From the NCBI GenBank assembly GCA_963674695.2, contig CAXXGI010000003.1, positions 544,001-608,000 on the forward strand: a stretch of 64,000 bases of DNA, read 5' to 3'. The notes below the pieces were generated by a model that was not told where the DNA came from, searched no databases, and worked only from the letters and a program-made list of their open reading frames with translations. The stretch comes from a bacterium. Lineage in GTDB: Bacteria; UBA10199; 2-02-FULL-44-16; JAAZCA01. A program made the position numbers and the translations under genes. Position 1 is the first letter of the stretch. Each line of letters starts with the position of its first letter. Below are positions 31,766-40,678 of this stretch, in pieces.

Positions 31766-32365
31766 ATGATCGGAGCGGGAAACAACTATCAGTCGACGCA
31801 GACCGCCCAACAAGGCCAGCAGACCAATCCCTATATGCAGGGCGGCGGCATGGCTCCTCCCAGTGCGATGGGGCCGAGCTTTCAGCCGACCTTCGGGCCG
31901 CAGTGGACGGCCCCCACCTCTGCCCCGGGGATCAATTTCAAGGCGGAGTTGGGTACAAAGGAATCGGCCGAGGCGATGCGCTGGGGGTTCGGGACGCAGA
32001 TCGCCGGCATGGCGGTGAACACGATTCTGCAGGGCCTGAACTACGATCTCGCCGCCAAGTCGATGAAGTATCAGGCCTCGATCGCGAACAAATACTATGA
32101 AACGCAGGGGACAATCGCCGGGTATCAGAAGGAAGTGGCGATCGCACAGCTCGGCGTCCAGAAGGAAGGCATGGGGATCCAGCAGGAGATGCATGCCGCG
32201 CAGCTCGATCACGAAAAGTCGATGGCGCGACTCGCAGGAAACACGCAGGCGCGTCTGAAGATGATCGAAGATCGCGGCAAGACGAACCGGGCCAAGATCC
32301 TCACGGTGTCAAATGCGTTCGACCGCCGGGGCTGGAGCAACTACGGAACGCCGCGCGCGGCCTAA
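31766..32365 (+). CDS. Cassette protein B2 (199 aa)
   Basis: Paralog of B1; GGGAG RBS. Confidence 0.85.
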   Translation: MIGAGNNYQSTQTAQQGQQTNPYMQGGGMAPPSAMGPSFQPTFGPQWTAPTSAPGINFKAELGTKESAEAMRWGFGTQIAGMAVNTILQGLNYDLAAKSMKYQASIANKYYETQGTIAGYQKEVAIAQLGVQKEGMGIQQEMHAAQLDHEKSMARLAGNTQARLKMIEDRGKTNRAKILTVSNAFDRRGWSNYGTPRAA

Positions 32366-32381
32366 ATGAGAAGAGGTGTTT

Positions 32382-33005
32382 ATGATTTCGGGTGGAGTAA
32401 TAAATTTTGAGGGTACGACCATTGCGGTCGATCCGACGGGCAACAGCGCAAGTATTGTCACCTGCAACGATACGGGAACGGCATCCATGTTTCAGGGAAG
32501 CAATCAAACGGAAGCCGCATTTGCCTCAGAAAAAGCGTCCTGGAATGCTGCAGGAGGTGGATCTGGCGCTGAAGGCGCCTCCTCCGCCGGCGGCGCCTCT
32601 GCCGGGATGTTTGCCTTTGGTGTCACGGTGGCGGGCTTTCAGACCCTCGGCGCAGCTATCGCCTATGGCCATCAAAAGTCGATGATGAAGACGCAGCACG
32701 AGACGAAGATCATGGGATTCGACCACCAGGAGACGATGGCTGGGAAACAGAGGGATTCACAGCTCAACGACTTCAAGGAGCAGAAGGCCCGACAGACGAA
32801 CGTCAAGGAGGCCAATACAAAGTATCTCGCCGCACAGCAGGAGCTGAAAAAAGCCCAGGGCAACAAGCAGATCTCGGCCGCCGAACTCAAAGAAGCGCGG
32901 ATGACGAAGGCGACGGGGTCGACCGATAAGCGCGCGCTGGACAAGCTCTTCGATACGCGTGGAAAATACCGGTATGGCAACGCCGTCGTGCAAGGTCAGG
33001 CGTGA
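32382..33005 (+). CDS. Cassette protein C2 (207 aa)
   Basis: Paralog of C1 with an unrelated N terminus; GAGGTG RBS. Confidence 0.85.
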   Translation: MISGGVINFEGTTIAVDPTGNSASIVTCNDTGTASMFQGSNQTEAAFASEKASWNAAGGGSGAEGASSAGGASAGMFAFGVTVAGFQTLGAAIAYGHQKSMMKTQHETKIMGFDHQETMAGKQRDSQLNDFKEQKARQTNVKEANTKYLAAQQELKKAQGNKQISAAELKEARMTKATGSTDKRALDKLFDTRGKYRYGNAVVQGQA

Positions 33006-33026
33006 ACGGATGCTGATAATCGAGAT

Positions 33027-33052
33027 CAAATGCCGCCTCTGGGCGGCATTTG
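33027..33052 (+). terminator. Hairpin terminator after the duplicated cassette
   Basis: caaatgccgcc-tctg-ggcggcatttg. Confidence 0.65.
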
Positions 33053-33076
33053 CATATGTGGGCAAAGACTCATGAT

Positions 33077-33164
33077 GTCATCCTGAGCGAGTCCGGGACG
33101 GGCGAGTCGAAGGATCTCATGAGATCCCTCCACTCCCTCGTTTCACTCGATCGGTCGGGATGAC
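33077..33164. repeat. Second-class REP-like element (GTCATCCTGAGCGAG...GAAGGATCTC)
   Basis: Near-identical left half at 46393. Confidence 0.8.
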
Positions 33165-33194
33165 AACCAATATGCGATTGAATTATCTTTCAAT

Positions 33195-33223
33195 TTGACA
33201 CCACACAGGAAGATTCGTAAAAT
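33195..33223 (+). promoter_or_regulatory. sigma70 promoter
   Basis: TTGACA-N17-TAAAAT upstream of ATG 33250. Confidence 0.75.
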
Positions 33224-33249
33224 CAATATGTTACGAGCTAGGGGGATGC

Positions 33250-34029
33250 ATGGCCTTTGAACTGAACGACTTTAACGTCATGGAATACCTCTGGGAGACA
33301 CTGGCCAAGACCTCCGACGGCAAGCGCATTCGCTATTCCGCGGTCGATGTCGAGGAACTCTGGCGGATGGGGTTCGTCGATACGCAGCTGGTGAGTCTTG
33401 CCGAATGGAAGGCCGTCTTCGAACCACATCGAAAGGCGGACGGCTCCTATGAAGTGGGCAAGGGGGATTTCCTCGCCCTGGACCGCTATCGCTATAAGGG
33501 CGAGATTCGCATCCCCTTCGATGCGATGCAGATCAACGAGGGGAAATATACCGACGAGGGACTCGACGACCTCATCGCCGCTTCCATCGCCCCCTCCTGC
33601 GGGATGGGCTCCGACAAACTCAAATCCTTTTTCGACGATCTCAAGAATGAATTCCGCGACGCGGGCGGGCTCATCGAAATTCGCGGGACCGCCAAGGAGC
33701 GGATCAGGGCCCTGCTCGATGCGCACCCTTCTCCTCTGCGCAACCTCGAACTCCTGCTCGATCGCATGATCGAATCGGGAGAGGACGCCCTCTTCGCCGA
33801 GGGGATGGAGGTCGATGCGGTCACCATGCAGGCCGCCCGCGAGGTGCAGCATCAGGCCTCGTCGTTCAGCACCACGCCCACCACGCGCGCCGAAACCAAG
33901 GCGTCCGGGCTCAGGGCCTTGGAGAAAAGTCGCAAGAAGAAAGCAGCTGAAGTGCCCTCCCCCGGCGATGAGAAGGAGAAGGTCGACCTCGGAAAGCTCA
34001 AGCGTTCGAAACGTCGTATGCGGGGATGA
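33250..34029 (+). CDS. Hypothetical cytoplasmic protein (259 aa) with a basic C-terminal tail
   Basis: Long ORF with RBS, host-like codon usage and a sigma70 promoter; no family recognised. Confidence 0.8.
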   Translation: MAFELNDFNVMEYLWETLAKTSDGKRIRYSAVDVEELWRMGFVDTQLVSLAEWKAVFEPHRKADGSYEVGKGDFLALDRYRYKGEIRIPFDAMQINEGKYTDEGLDDLIAASIAPSCGMGSDKLKSFFDDLKNEFRDAGGLIEIRGTAKERIRALLDAHPSPLRNLELLLDRMIESGEDALFAEGMEVDAVTMQAAREVQHQASSFSTTPTTRAETKASGLRALEKSRKKKAAEVPSPGDEKEKVDLGKLKRSKRRMRG

Positions 34030-34061
34030 TACAGCAGACCATAGACCATGGACCATACGTT

Positions 34062-34210
34062 GTCATCCCCGCGAACGCGGGAATGACAAAGCCGAGTCCA
34101 TCGAGATTCCCGCGTTCGCGGGAATGACAAAGCCAAGTCCATCGAGATTCCCGCGTTCGCGGGAATGACAAAGCCAAGTCCATCGAGATTCCCGCGTTCA
34201 CGGGAATGAC
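34062..34210. repeat. Tandem array of 41-bp REP-containing units
   Basis: (aaagccaagtccatcgagattcccgcgttcgcgggaatgac) x3 after a first hairpin; the intervening sequences are near-identical. Confidence 0.9.
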
Positions 34211-34221
34211 ACAACTCTTTC

Positions 34222-34569
34222 CTACATCGATTTTGATTCCGGCTCTGACTTGGTCTCTGAAATCTGTCTCACAACGGAGAGTTCGCGTTCGAGCTGGCGG
34301 ATCTTCTTGTTCTTGGAGCGCAGCTCGAGCGTCTTATAGAGCGAGGGCAAGGCTTCGATGATGGCGATAGCCACCATGCCGCTGCAAAAGCTGATGAGCA
34401 GCACAAACCCCATCGGGATCGGAACCGAACGCAGGGAGAAGATATAGGGAATGGAAAAGCTGAAGACGACCTTGTAGCCCAGCGCTGCATCGCCCAGGTT
34501 GCAGTAGATGAAGTTGAGCAGCATGAAGAAGAGCAGCGCCATGATGAGCGCAAAGACCAATCGTTTCAT
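34222..34569 (-). CDS. LapA (DUF1049) family membrane protein
   Basis: Two TM segments followed by a KIRQLEREL coiled coil; downstream of ihfB. Confidence 0.75.
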   Translation of the reverse strand: MKRLVFALIMALLFFMLLNFIYCNLGDAALGYKVVFSFSIPYIFSLRSVPIPMGFVLLISFCSGMVAIAIIEALPSLYKTLELRSKNKKIRQLERELSVVRQISETKSEPESKSM

Positions 34570-35090
34570 CGGGAGCCTCCTGATTCCTGCATTGACTTCG
34601 CCATGTCGTTGAATCCCTCTACCAAACGATCATAAGTGTTGGCAAGGTACTCCGGCATCGAGCGCGTATCGCCGAGGATCGGTAGAAAATTGGTGTCGCC
34701 GCACCAGCGCGGAACGACGTGCAGATGCACATGATCGGCGATCCCTGCGCCGGCGACTTTGCCGATGTTGAAGCCGCAATTGAATCCCTCGGCTTCAATC
34801 CTCTCTTCCATGATGGCGACGGACTTCGCCGCAAGCGCCATCATCTCGGCGTTTTCTTCCCCAGAGAGATCGGAGAGCTTTCCCGTGTGCTGATACGGGA
34901 TGATCATCAGGTGGCCGTTGTTGTAGGGAAAGCGGTTCATCAGGACATAACAGGTTGTGCCGCGATGCAGGATGAGACGATCACGATCTTGGTCAGTTTG
35001 TTGCACCAGCTCACAGAAGATACAGCCACTGCTCTTGTCGCGCAGCTCCTCGATGAACTGCATGCGCCATGGTGCCCACAACTGGTTCAT
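34566..35090 (-). CDS. HIT family hydrolase (Ap4A hydrolase-like)
   Basis: LWAPWR, CIFC, NRFPYNNGHL, HVHLHVVPRW. Confidence 0.92.
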   Translation of the reverse strand: MNQLWAPWRMQFIEELRDKSSGCIFCELVQQTDQDRDRLILHRGTTCYVLMNRFPYNNGHLMIIPYQHTGKLSDLSGEENAEMMALAAKSVAIMEERIEAEGFNCGFNIGKVAGAGIADHVHLHVVPRWCGDTNFLPILGDTRSMPEYLANTYDRLVEGFNDMAKSMQESGGSR

Positions 35091-35374
35091 GCGGTATCTC
35101 CGTTGACGCGTTCGCGTAGTTCCTTGCCGACTTTGAAGAACGGCACGCGCCGCTGGCCGACTTCGACCGCCATGCCGGTCTTGGGGTTGCGACCGATACG
35201 CGGTTTGCGCGTGCGCACTTCAAAGCTTCCAAACCCGCGAATTTCAATTCGGTCATCTCGGCAGAGAGCGTCCGTCATGCTCTCAAAGATCGTGTTGACG
35301 ATGACTTCAACATCGCGCGCCGCCAGATTGGGGAGTCTCTTCGCCAACAATTCGATCAGGTCGCTCTTGTTCAA
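35087..35374 (-). CDS. ihfB: Integration host factor subunit beta
   Basis: TTG start at 35374: (M)NKSDLIE...RIEIRGFGSF...GRNPKTG...FFKVGKELRERVN. Confidence 0.93.
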   Translation of the reverse strand: MNKSDLIELLAKRLPNLAARDVEVIVNTIFESMTDALCRDDRIEIRGFGSFEVRTRKPRIGRNPKTGMAVEVGQRRVPFFKVGKELRERVNGDTA

Positions 35375-35390
35375 GGCCTTCCTCCTTTCG

Positions 35391-36284
35391 TTACCGCAAC
35401 GCGCTCGTCGTGGGTTGCGGAACCGATGATGCCTGCACACCGGCCATCTCGCGAACGAGCACCTTCGCTTCGGTGAAGAGGTGCTCGATCCACGGATGCC
35501 GTTTTTTCGGATAGATGAGATGAGGCATCCCCTCGATGTGGGCAAGTTCGCCCGCTCGATTGATCGCCTCGGAAAGTCCGCCGAGGGTGTCGACCAATTT
35601 GAGATGCTGTGCTTCTTCACCGGTGACGATACGGCCATCGGCGATCGTTTCCAGATCTTCCATCGGAATATTGCGCGCGGTCGAAACGGCTTGCTTGAAC
35701 TGCACATGGATCTGCTCGAGCATCGCTTCGAGAATGACACGCGCCTCTGGAGAGATGGGCGCATCGATCGGCATCATGTCTTTGAATTGCCCACTCTTGA
35801 GCGTCTCGTGCTGAACCTTCGCCCACTTGAGCAGATCGCCGATCATAATATGTTCGAGGCGCACGCCGATCGAACCCGTGATCGTTCCCGCATTGGCGAA
35901 GATCTCGGTGGCACCGAGCGCGACATAATAGCCGCCGCTGGCGGCGACCGATCCCATCGACGCGATCACCGGTTTTTTCTTGGCGAGGATGCGAATGGCC
36001 TCGAGGATCTCCTGCGAAGCAGCGACCGAGCCACCAGGAGACTGGATGCGCAGGATGACGGCACTGACATTGTCGTCTTCGAGGAAGTCGTTCGCCTGGC
36101 GGACGGTCTCGTCGGAGGTGAGAATCGTTCCGGCGACGGTGATAACGCCAACGCCGCTCCTGTCGAAGAAGGACGTCTGCGTCTGACCCGACCGGGAGAG
36201 AAAATAGACCATCATCCCGAAGAGAAATGATCCTCCCAACAGGACGACGGCAATCAGAGTAATGATGAGCCCCTTGTGTCGCAT
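35391..36284 (-). CDS. sppA: Signal peptide peptidase SppA (36K type)
   Basis: SPGG, AASGGYY, TGSIGV; rpsA-sppA-ihfB synteny. Confidence 0.93.
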   Translation of the reverse strand: MRHKGLIITLIAVVLLGGSFLFGMMVYFLSRSGQTQTSFFDRSGVGVITVAGTILTSDETVRQANDFLEDDNVSAVILRIQSPGGSVAASQEILEAIRILAKKKPVIASMGSVAASGGYYVALGATEIFANAGTITGSIGVRLEHIMIGDLLKWAKVQHETLKSGQFKDMMPIDAPISPEARVILEAMLEQIHVQFKQAVSTARNIPMEDLETIADGRIVTGEEAQHLKLVDTLGGLSEAINRAGELAHIEGMPHLIYPKKRHPWIEHLFTEAKVLVREMAGVQASSVPQPTTSALR

Positions 36285-36331
36285 GGGCTAAGTCCCCCGG
36301 GACGGATCGTCAAGCGTGACGCTGAAGCACC

Positions 36332-38032
36332 CTACTCAACCGTCGTTTCGTCTGCTTCTTCAGCTTTTGCTTCTTCCACGACGGGTTCCTTCGGCTCGTC
36401 CGTTTCTTCAGCCTTCACTTCTTCCACGACGGGTTCCTTCGCAACGACGGCCTTGGTCACCGCGACGATTCCCAATGTGAAATGACGATCGCGGGGGTTG
36501 GTTTCGGCGACAGCGATATCGAGCTCAGCGCCAACGCCCACACCTTCCGGGCAATCCTTCTTCGGGACGAGTCCCTCGACACCCTCTTCGAGTTTGACGA
36601 TGGCGCCCACTTCGTTCATCCGGACGACCTCTCCCTTGGCCTTGGTGCCTTCGGTGTAGGATTCATGGATGCGATCCCAGGGATCATCCTGAAGCTGCTT
36701 CAGGCCAAGCGAGAAACGCTCGTTGTCGGGATCGACGTGCAGCACGACCGCTTCGACTTCGTCGCCCTTGTTGAAGAGCTCCGAGGGATGCGCGAAGTTC
36801 TGCACCCACGTGATGTCGGAGATGTGGATCATACCGTCGATTTCGCCACCCACTTCGGCGAAGACGCCGAAATCGGCGATGTTGCGCACGGTTCCGGTCA
36901 CCTTGCTCCCGATCGGGAATTTCTCTTCGAGATGCTCCCACGGATTGGGCTCGGTCTGCTTGAGTCCCAGCGAAATGCGCTTCTGATCGATATCGACGTC
37001 CAGGACGATCGCGTCGACGGCATCGCTCGCCTTGAGGACCTTCGAGGGATGCTTGACCTTCTTCGTCCAGCTCATCTCAGAGACGTGGATGAGCCCCTCG
37101 ATGCCCTCATCGAGCTCGACGAAGGCGCCGTAGTCGGTGAGGTTGACCACCTTGCCCGACACGCGCGAGCCGACCGGATAGCGCGATTCGACATCGGTCC
37201 AGGGATCTTCTTTGAGCTGCTTGAGCCCCAGGCTCACCTTCTCGCTCTCGGAATCGAACTTGAGGACCACGACGCGGATGTCGTCGCCCACCGAGAACAT
37301 CTCGGAGGGATGGTTGATGCGACCCCAGCTCATGTCGGTGACATGCAGCAGGCCGTCGATGCCACCCAGATCGACGAAGACGCCGTATTCGGTGACGTTC
37401 TTGACCACGCCGTCGAAGACCTGACCCTCGGCCAGATTCGCCAGCGTTGCCTCGCGCATCTTGGAGCGCTCTTTCTCCAGGATGACTTTACGGGAGAGCA
37501 CCACATTTCCACGGCGCTTGTTGAGTTTGATAATTTTGAAGGGATAGGTGTTGCCCACATATTTGTCGAGATTGCGTGCCGGGCGAAGATCGACCTGCGA
37601 GGCCGGAAGAAAGGCCCGCACGCCGATGTCGACGGAGAGCCCGCCCTTCACCTTGGAGACGATCATGCCGTCGATGACGCCATCGTTTTCGCTGACATCC
37701 GCGAGGCGATCCCAGGTGCGCATGGCATCCGCGCGTTCCTTGGAGAGCACCATATTTCCCTGATCGTTCTCGATCGACTCGAGCAGGACGTCGATCTCCG
37801 TGCCTGCCTCGGCATTCACTTCACCGCGCGGGCTTTTGAACTCTTCGATCGGGATCTGACCTTCGGACTTAAACCCGATGTCGATGATGACGAAATCGCG
37901 GGTGACGCCGACGATCTTACCCTTGATGATCTGCCCCTCTTTGAGCTGGACCTTCTGCGACCGCTCTTCGAAGAGCTGGCCAAACTCGCTCTGCCTCTGC
38001 TTTTCGGTTGGTTCGATATGAAGTGCACACAT
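36332..38032 (-). CDS. rpsA: 30S ribosomal protein S1
   Basis: Repeated S1 domains (FVDLGGIDGLLH, EGLIHVSEMSW, SLGLKQ). Confidence 0.97.
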   Translation of the reverse strand: MCALHIEPTEKQRQSEFGQLFEERSQKVQLKEGQIIKGKIVGVTRDFVIIDIGFKSEGQIPIEEFKSPRGEVNAEAGTEIDVLLESIENDQGNMVLSKERADAMRTWDRLADVSENDGVIDGMIVSKVKGGLSVDIGVRAFLPASQVDLRPARNLDKYVGNTYPFKIIKLNKRRGNVVLSRKVILEKERSKMREATLANLAEGQVFDGVVKNVTEYGVFVDLGGIDGLLHVTDMSWGRINHPSEMFSVGDDIRVVVLKFDSESEKVSLGLKQLKEDPWTDVESRYPVGSRVSGKVVNLTDYGAFVELDEGIEGLIHVSEMSWTKKVKHPSKVLKASDAVDAIVLDVDIDQKRISLGLKQTEPNPWEHLEEKFPIGSKVTGTVRNIADFGVFAEVGGEIDGMIHISDITWVQNFAHPSELFNKGDEVEAVVLHVDPDNERFSLGLKQLQDDPWDRIHESYTEGTKAKGEVVRMNEVGAIVKLEEGVEGLVPKKDCPEGVGVGAELDIAVAETNPRDRHFTLGIVAVTKAVVAKEPVVEEVKAEETDEPKEPVVEEAKAEEADETTVE

Positions 38033-38317
38033 AGACGTAAATCTCCTTTTTCCCTTTAGATTTTAGGAGGTTGAAAGGAACCCTCCCAGAAGGGCTCGCG
38101 GAACATAGAGATCCGGCCCCTTTTTGTCAAAGGATTTCTGTTGAATCTCGGGTGGTTATTGGCGTCCGGCCGAGATAGCGGTCATCTGGCGAGTTAGGTC
38201 ATGCCCAATGGAAAAAGGCTCGCACAAGGGGGCAAAATTGGATACCGTGACGGGCCTCACCGGGAGGCTATCGCCCCCTGACGGGATATGAGATAAAGCA
38301 TGAAGGGAGAGGTGTAT

Positions 38318-39370
38318 ATGACCGATAATAAAGAGGTATCCATACTCGATGTGACCATTCGTGATGGAAGCTATGCCATCGATTATCAATACCGTCCCGA
38401 GCAGGTCGCGGGAATCGCCGCTGCCCTCGACGCCGCCGGCATCGATTATATAGAGGTCAGCCATGGATGTGGGCTGGGCGCGGGCAGATTTCCGGGGCTG
38501 GCTGCCGCGGCGACCGATCTCGACTATGTGCGTGCGGCAAAGACCGCCGTGAAAAGCGCCGGCATCGGGGTGATCGCCACCCCGCCGATCGTCACGCGTC
38601 CCGAGGATGTCGAGGCGATCATCGATGAGGTGGACTTCATCCGATTTGCGGCAAACGCCAACACCCCGGAGACGGCCGAGGCGAGTATCGCGGCGGTGAA
38701 ACAGCGGCGCAGCAAGCTTCCCGTCTTCTTTCAAATGATGCGTTCGACGCGTCTTCGGCCCGAGGCGATGGTCACCGCAGCAAAACGGGTCGAGGAGATG
38801 GGCGCGGATCTGCTCTATATCGTCGATACGGCCGGACACTTTCTGCCTGAGGAGGTCGCCGACCTCGTGGCGCAGATCACCGATGCGGTCGATATCGGCG
38901 TCGGATTTCACGGCCACAATAATCTCGGGATGGCCATCGCCAATACGGTGGCAGCGGTCGAGGCCGGTGCGACCTCCATCGATGCCAGCCTTCGGGGCAT
39001 GGGTCGCGCGGCGGGCAACGCGCAGCTCGAAGCGGTCGTCTCGCTCCTGCAACGACGGGGTTTTGCTCAACAGGTCGACCTGGATCGCCTGGTTCGAGCA
39101 GGCGAGGAGCTCGTGGCGCCGGTCATGCCGCCTGCGCAGGGCATTGCATCCATGGATCTTTTGCTCGCCGATGCCAATATCGACCTCTACCCGCTCGCGC
39201 CCATCCAGCGCATCGCCGAGATCGCGGGGGTCGATTTCATGGCCTTCGTCCGCACGTTGGCGCAGGATGAGGAGCTCGTCGAGACCACGCCCGAGTGCAT
39301 CCTTCGTGCCCTCACCGCGATGGGGGCAGACGCGACGGCCGTTCTTAAACAGGTTGGATGGATTACGTAG
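38318..39370 (+). CDS. DRE-TIM/HMGL-like enzyme resembling 4-hydroxy-2-oxovalerate aldolase
   Basis: DVTIRDGSYA, EVSHGCGLG, VDTAG, GFHGHNNLG, GMGRAAGN. Confidence 0.85.
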   Translation: MTDNKEVSILDVTIRDGSYAIDYQYRPEQVAGIAAALDAAGIDYIEVSHGCGLGAGRFPGLAAAATDLDYVRAAKTAVKSAGIGVIATPPIVTRPEDVEAIIDEVDFIRFAANANTPETAEASIAAVKQRRSKLPVFFQMMRSTRLRPEAMVTAAKRVEEMGADLLYIVDTAGHFLPEEVADLVAQITDAVDIGVGFHGHNNLGMAIANTVAAVEAGATSIDASLRGMGRAAGNAQLEAVVSLLQRRGFAQQVDLDRLVRAGEELVAPVMPPAQGIASMDLLLADANIDLYPLAPIQRIAEIAGVDFMAFVRTLAQDEELVETTPECILRALTAMGADATAVLKQVGWIT

Positions 39371-39500
39371 AGCCTGTCGGGAAAAGAGTTTTTGCTGTCA
39401 TTCCCGAGGAGTCGGGAATCTCGAAGTACTTGAAAAATCGAGATTCCCGCTTTCGCGGGAATGACAAAAATCGGTATAATCGTCATTTCCCGACAGGCTC
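39370..39500. mobile_element. MITE with perfect 15-bp TIRs carrying a REP doublet
   Basis: GAGCCTGTCGGGAAA...TTTCCCGACAGGCTC flanked by TACGTA direct repeats (39364-39369, 39501-39506). Confidence 0.85.
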
Positions 39501-40678
39501 TACGTAAGGGCGGTGCAGACCGTATCGACATCGGCTTCCGAGAGGCGCGTATGAAACGGCAGCATGGCGAAGCGGTCGGCCACGGCGTCGGTCTTCGGCA
39601 AGGTTTCTGTTGAGGCGTCATGATGGGTGAACCACATCCCCATCTCGATGCCCTGCTGCTGATGCAGTCGCTCGGCGAGCGCGGTGCGATGGCGCACCAA
39701 CACCATATAATGTGTCAGGACGGTCTCGTCATCGACGGCCTGCACGACGATATCGCCGGATTGCACCAAACCTTCCAGCCGTTGATCATACCACTGCTTG
39801 AGTTGCCGTCTCTTGGCGAAGAGTTCCTCGCGCCGCTCGAGCTGCGCCAGGGCGATGGCGGCACTCAAATCGTTCATCTTGAAGTTTCCCCCGCGACTGA
39901 CGATCTCGCGGCCGGTCTTGAGGTTCACGCCCTGATAAGCCGCCGTGAGGATGTTCCCGGCAATCTCCGGATCGTTGGCCGTCACGATTCCCCCGCCGAG
40001 CCCGGAGATGATCTTGGAGGTGGCCAGCGAAAAGACGGTGGCGCCCATCGGGCCCCTGTTGACCATGCCGGGTCGGACGCCGTCGTGCGTCGAGGCGATG
40101 GCCAGCGAGGCATCCTGGATGAGCGAGAGCCCCTTCTTTGCGCCGGCGATGATCGAGGCATAGGGCGAAGGATCCACATAGCGATTCACATGCGTGAGCA
40201 GGATGGCGCGCGTCTTTTTCGAGACGGCCTCCCCCGCCGCCTGCGGATCCATGCACCAGGAGTCCTCGTCGATATCGACGAATCGGGGGATGGCCCCCGC
40301 AAGGAGGATAGCGTTGATGACCCCGGTATAGTTGAGCGAGGTCGTGATGACCTCGCCGCCGGCGCATCCGGCCGCGATGAGCGCCGAGGCAAGCCCGCCG
40401 GTGGCCGAGGCCACGCCGCCGCTGTAGGCCCCCCAGTTCGCCGGGGTCGGTTTGGGCAAGTGGTCGATGACGAACGCGGGCAGCGGATCGGGCATCTCCG
40501 AGAGGAACTGCGAAAACGCTGTGGCGAGATTCGTCACCGATGAGTTGGGCATGATACGAAAGGCGACGTTGGCCTGTGCGTCGGGATCGGAGAGGATTTT
40601 TTCAACCGCGGCGATAGCCGGCGAGTGTTTCGGATCAGGGTCGATATCGGGATGGATGAGCGTAATCGGTTTGGTCAT
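39500..40678 (-). CDS. DegT/DnrJ/EryC1/StrS family PLP aminotransferase
   Basis: SATGGL, GGEVIT, PRFVDID, QDAS, FSLATSKIISGLGGG, GGNFKM. Confidence 0.87.
   Translation of the reverse strand: MTKPITLIHPDIDPDPKHSPAIAAVEKILSDPDAQANVAFRIMPNSSVTNLATAFSQFLSEMPDPLPAFVIDHLPKPTPANWGAYSGGVASATGGLASALIAAGCAGGEVITTSLNYTGVINAILLAGAIPRFVDIDEDSWCMDPQAAGEAVSKKTRAILLTHVNRYVDPSPYASIIAGAKKGLSLIQDASLAIASTHDGVRPGMVNRGPMGATVFSLATSKIISGLGGGIVTANDPEIAGNILTAAYQGVNLKTGREIVSRGGNFKMNDLSAAIALAQLERREELFAKRRQLKQWYDQRLEGLVQSGDIVVQAVDDETVLTHYMVLVRHRTALAERLHQQQGIEMGMWFTHHDASTETLPKTDAVADRFAMLPFHTRLSEADVDTVCTALT

Noticed and set aside
29661-33005. Prophage remnant (ejection proteins)
   Set aside because: No capsid, terminase, tail or integrase genes are adjacent, and the cassettes have their own promoter motif shared with other chromosomal orphans. 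The resemblance is kept only as an architectural analogy.
34062-34210. Possible CRISPR array (palindromic repeats at regular spacing)
   Set aside because: The intervening sequences are near-identical and short, the repeat is the genome-wide REP, and no cas genes are present.
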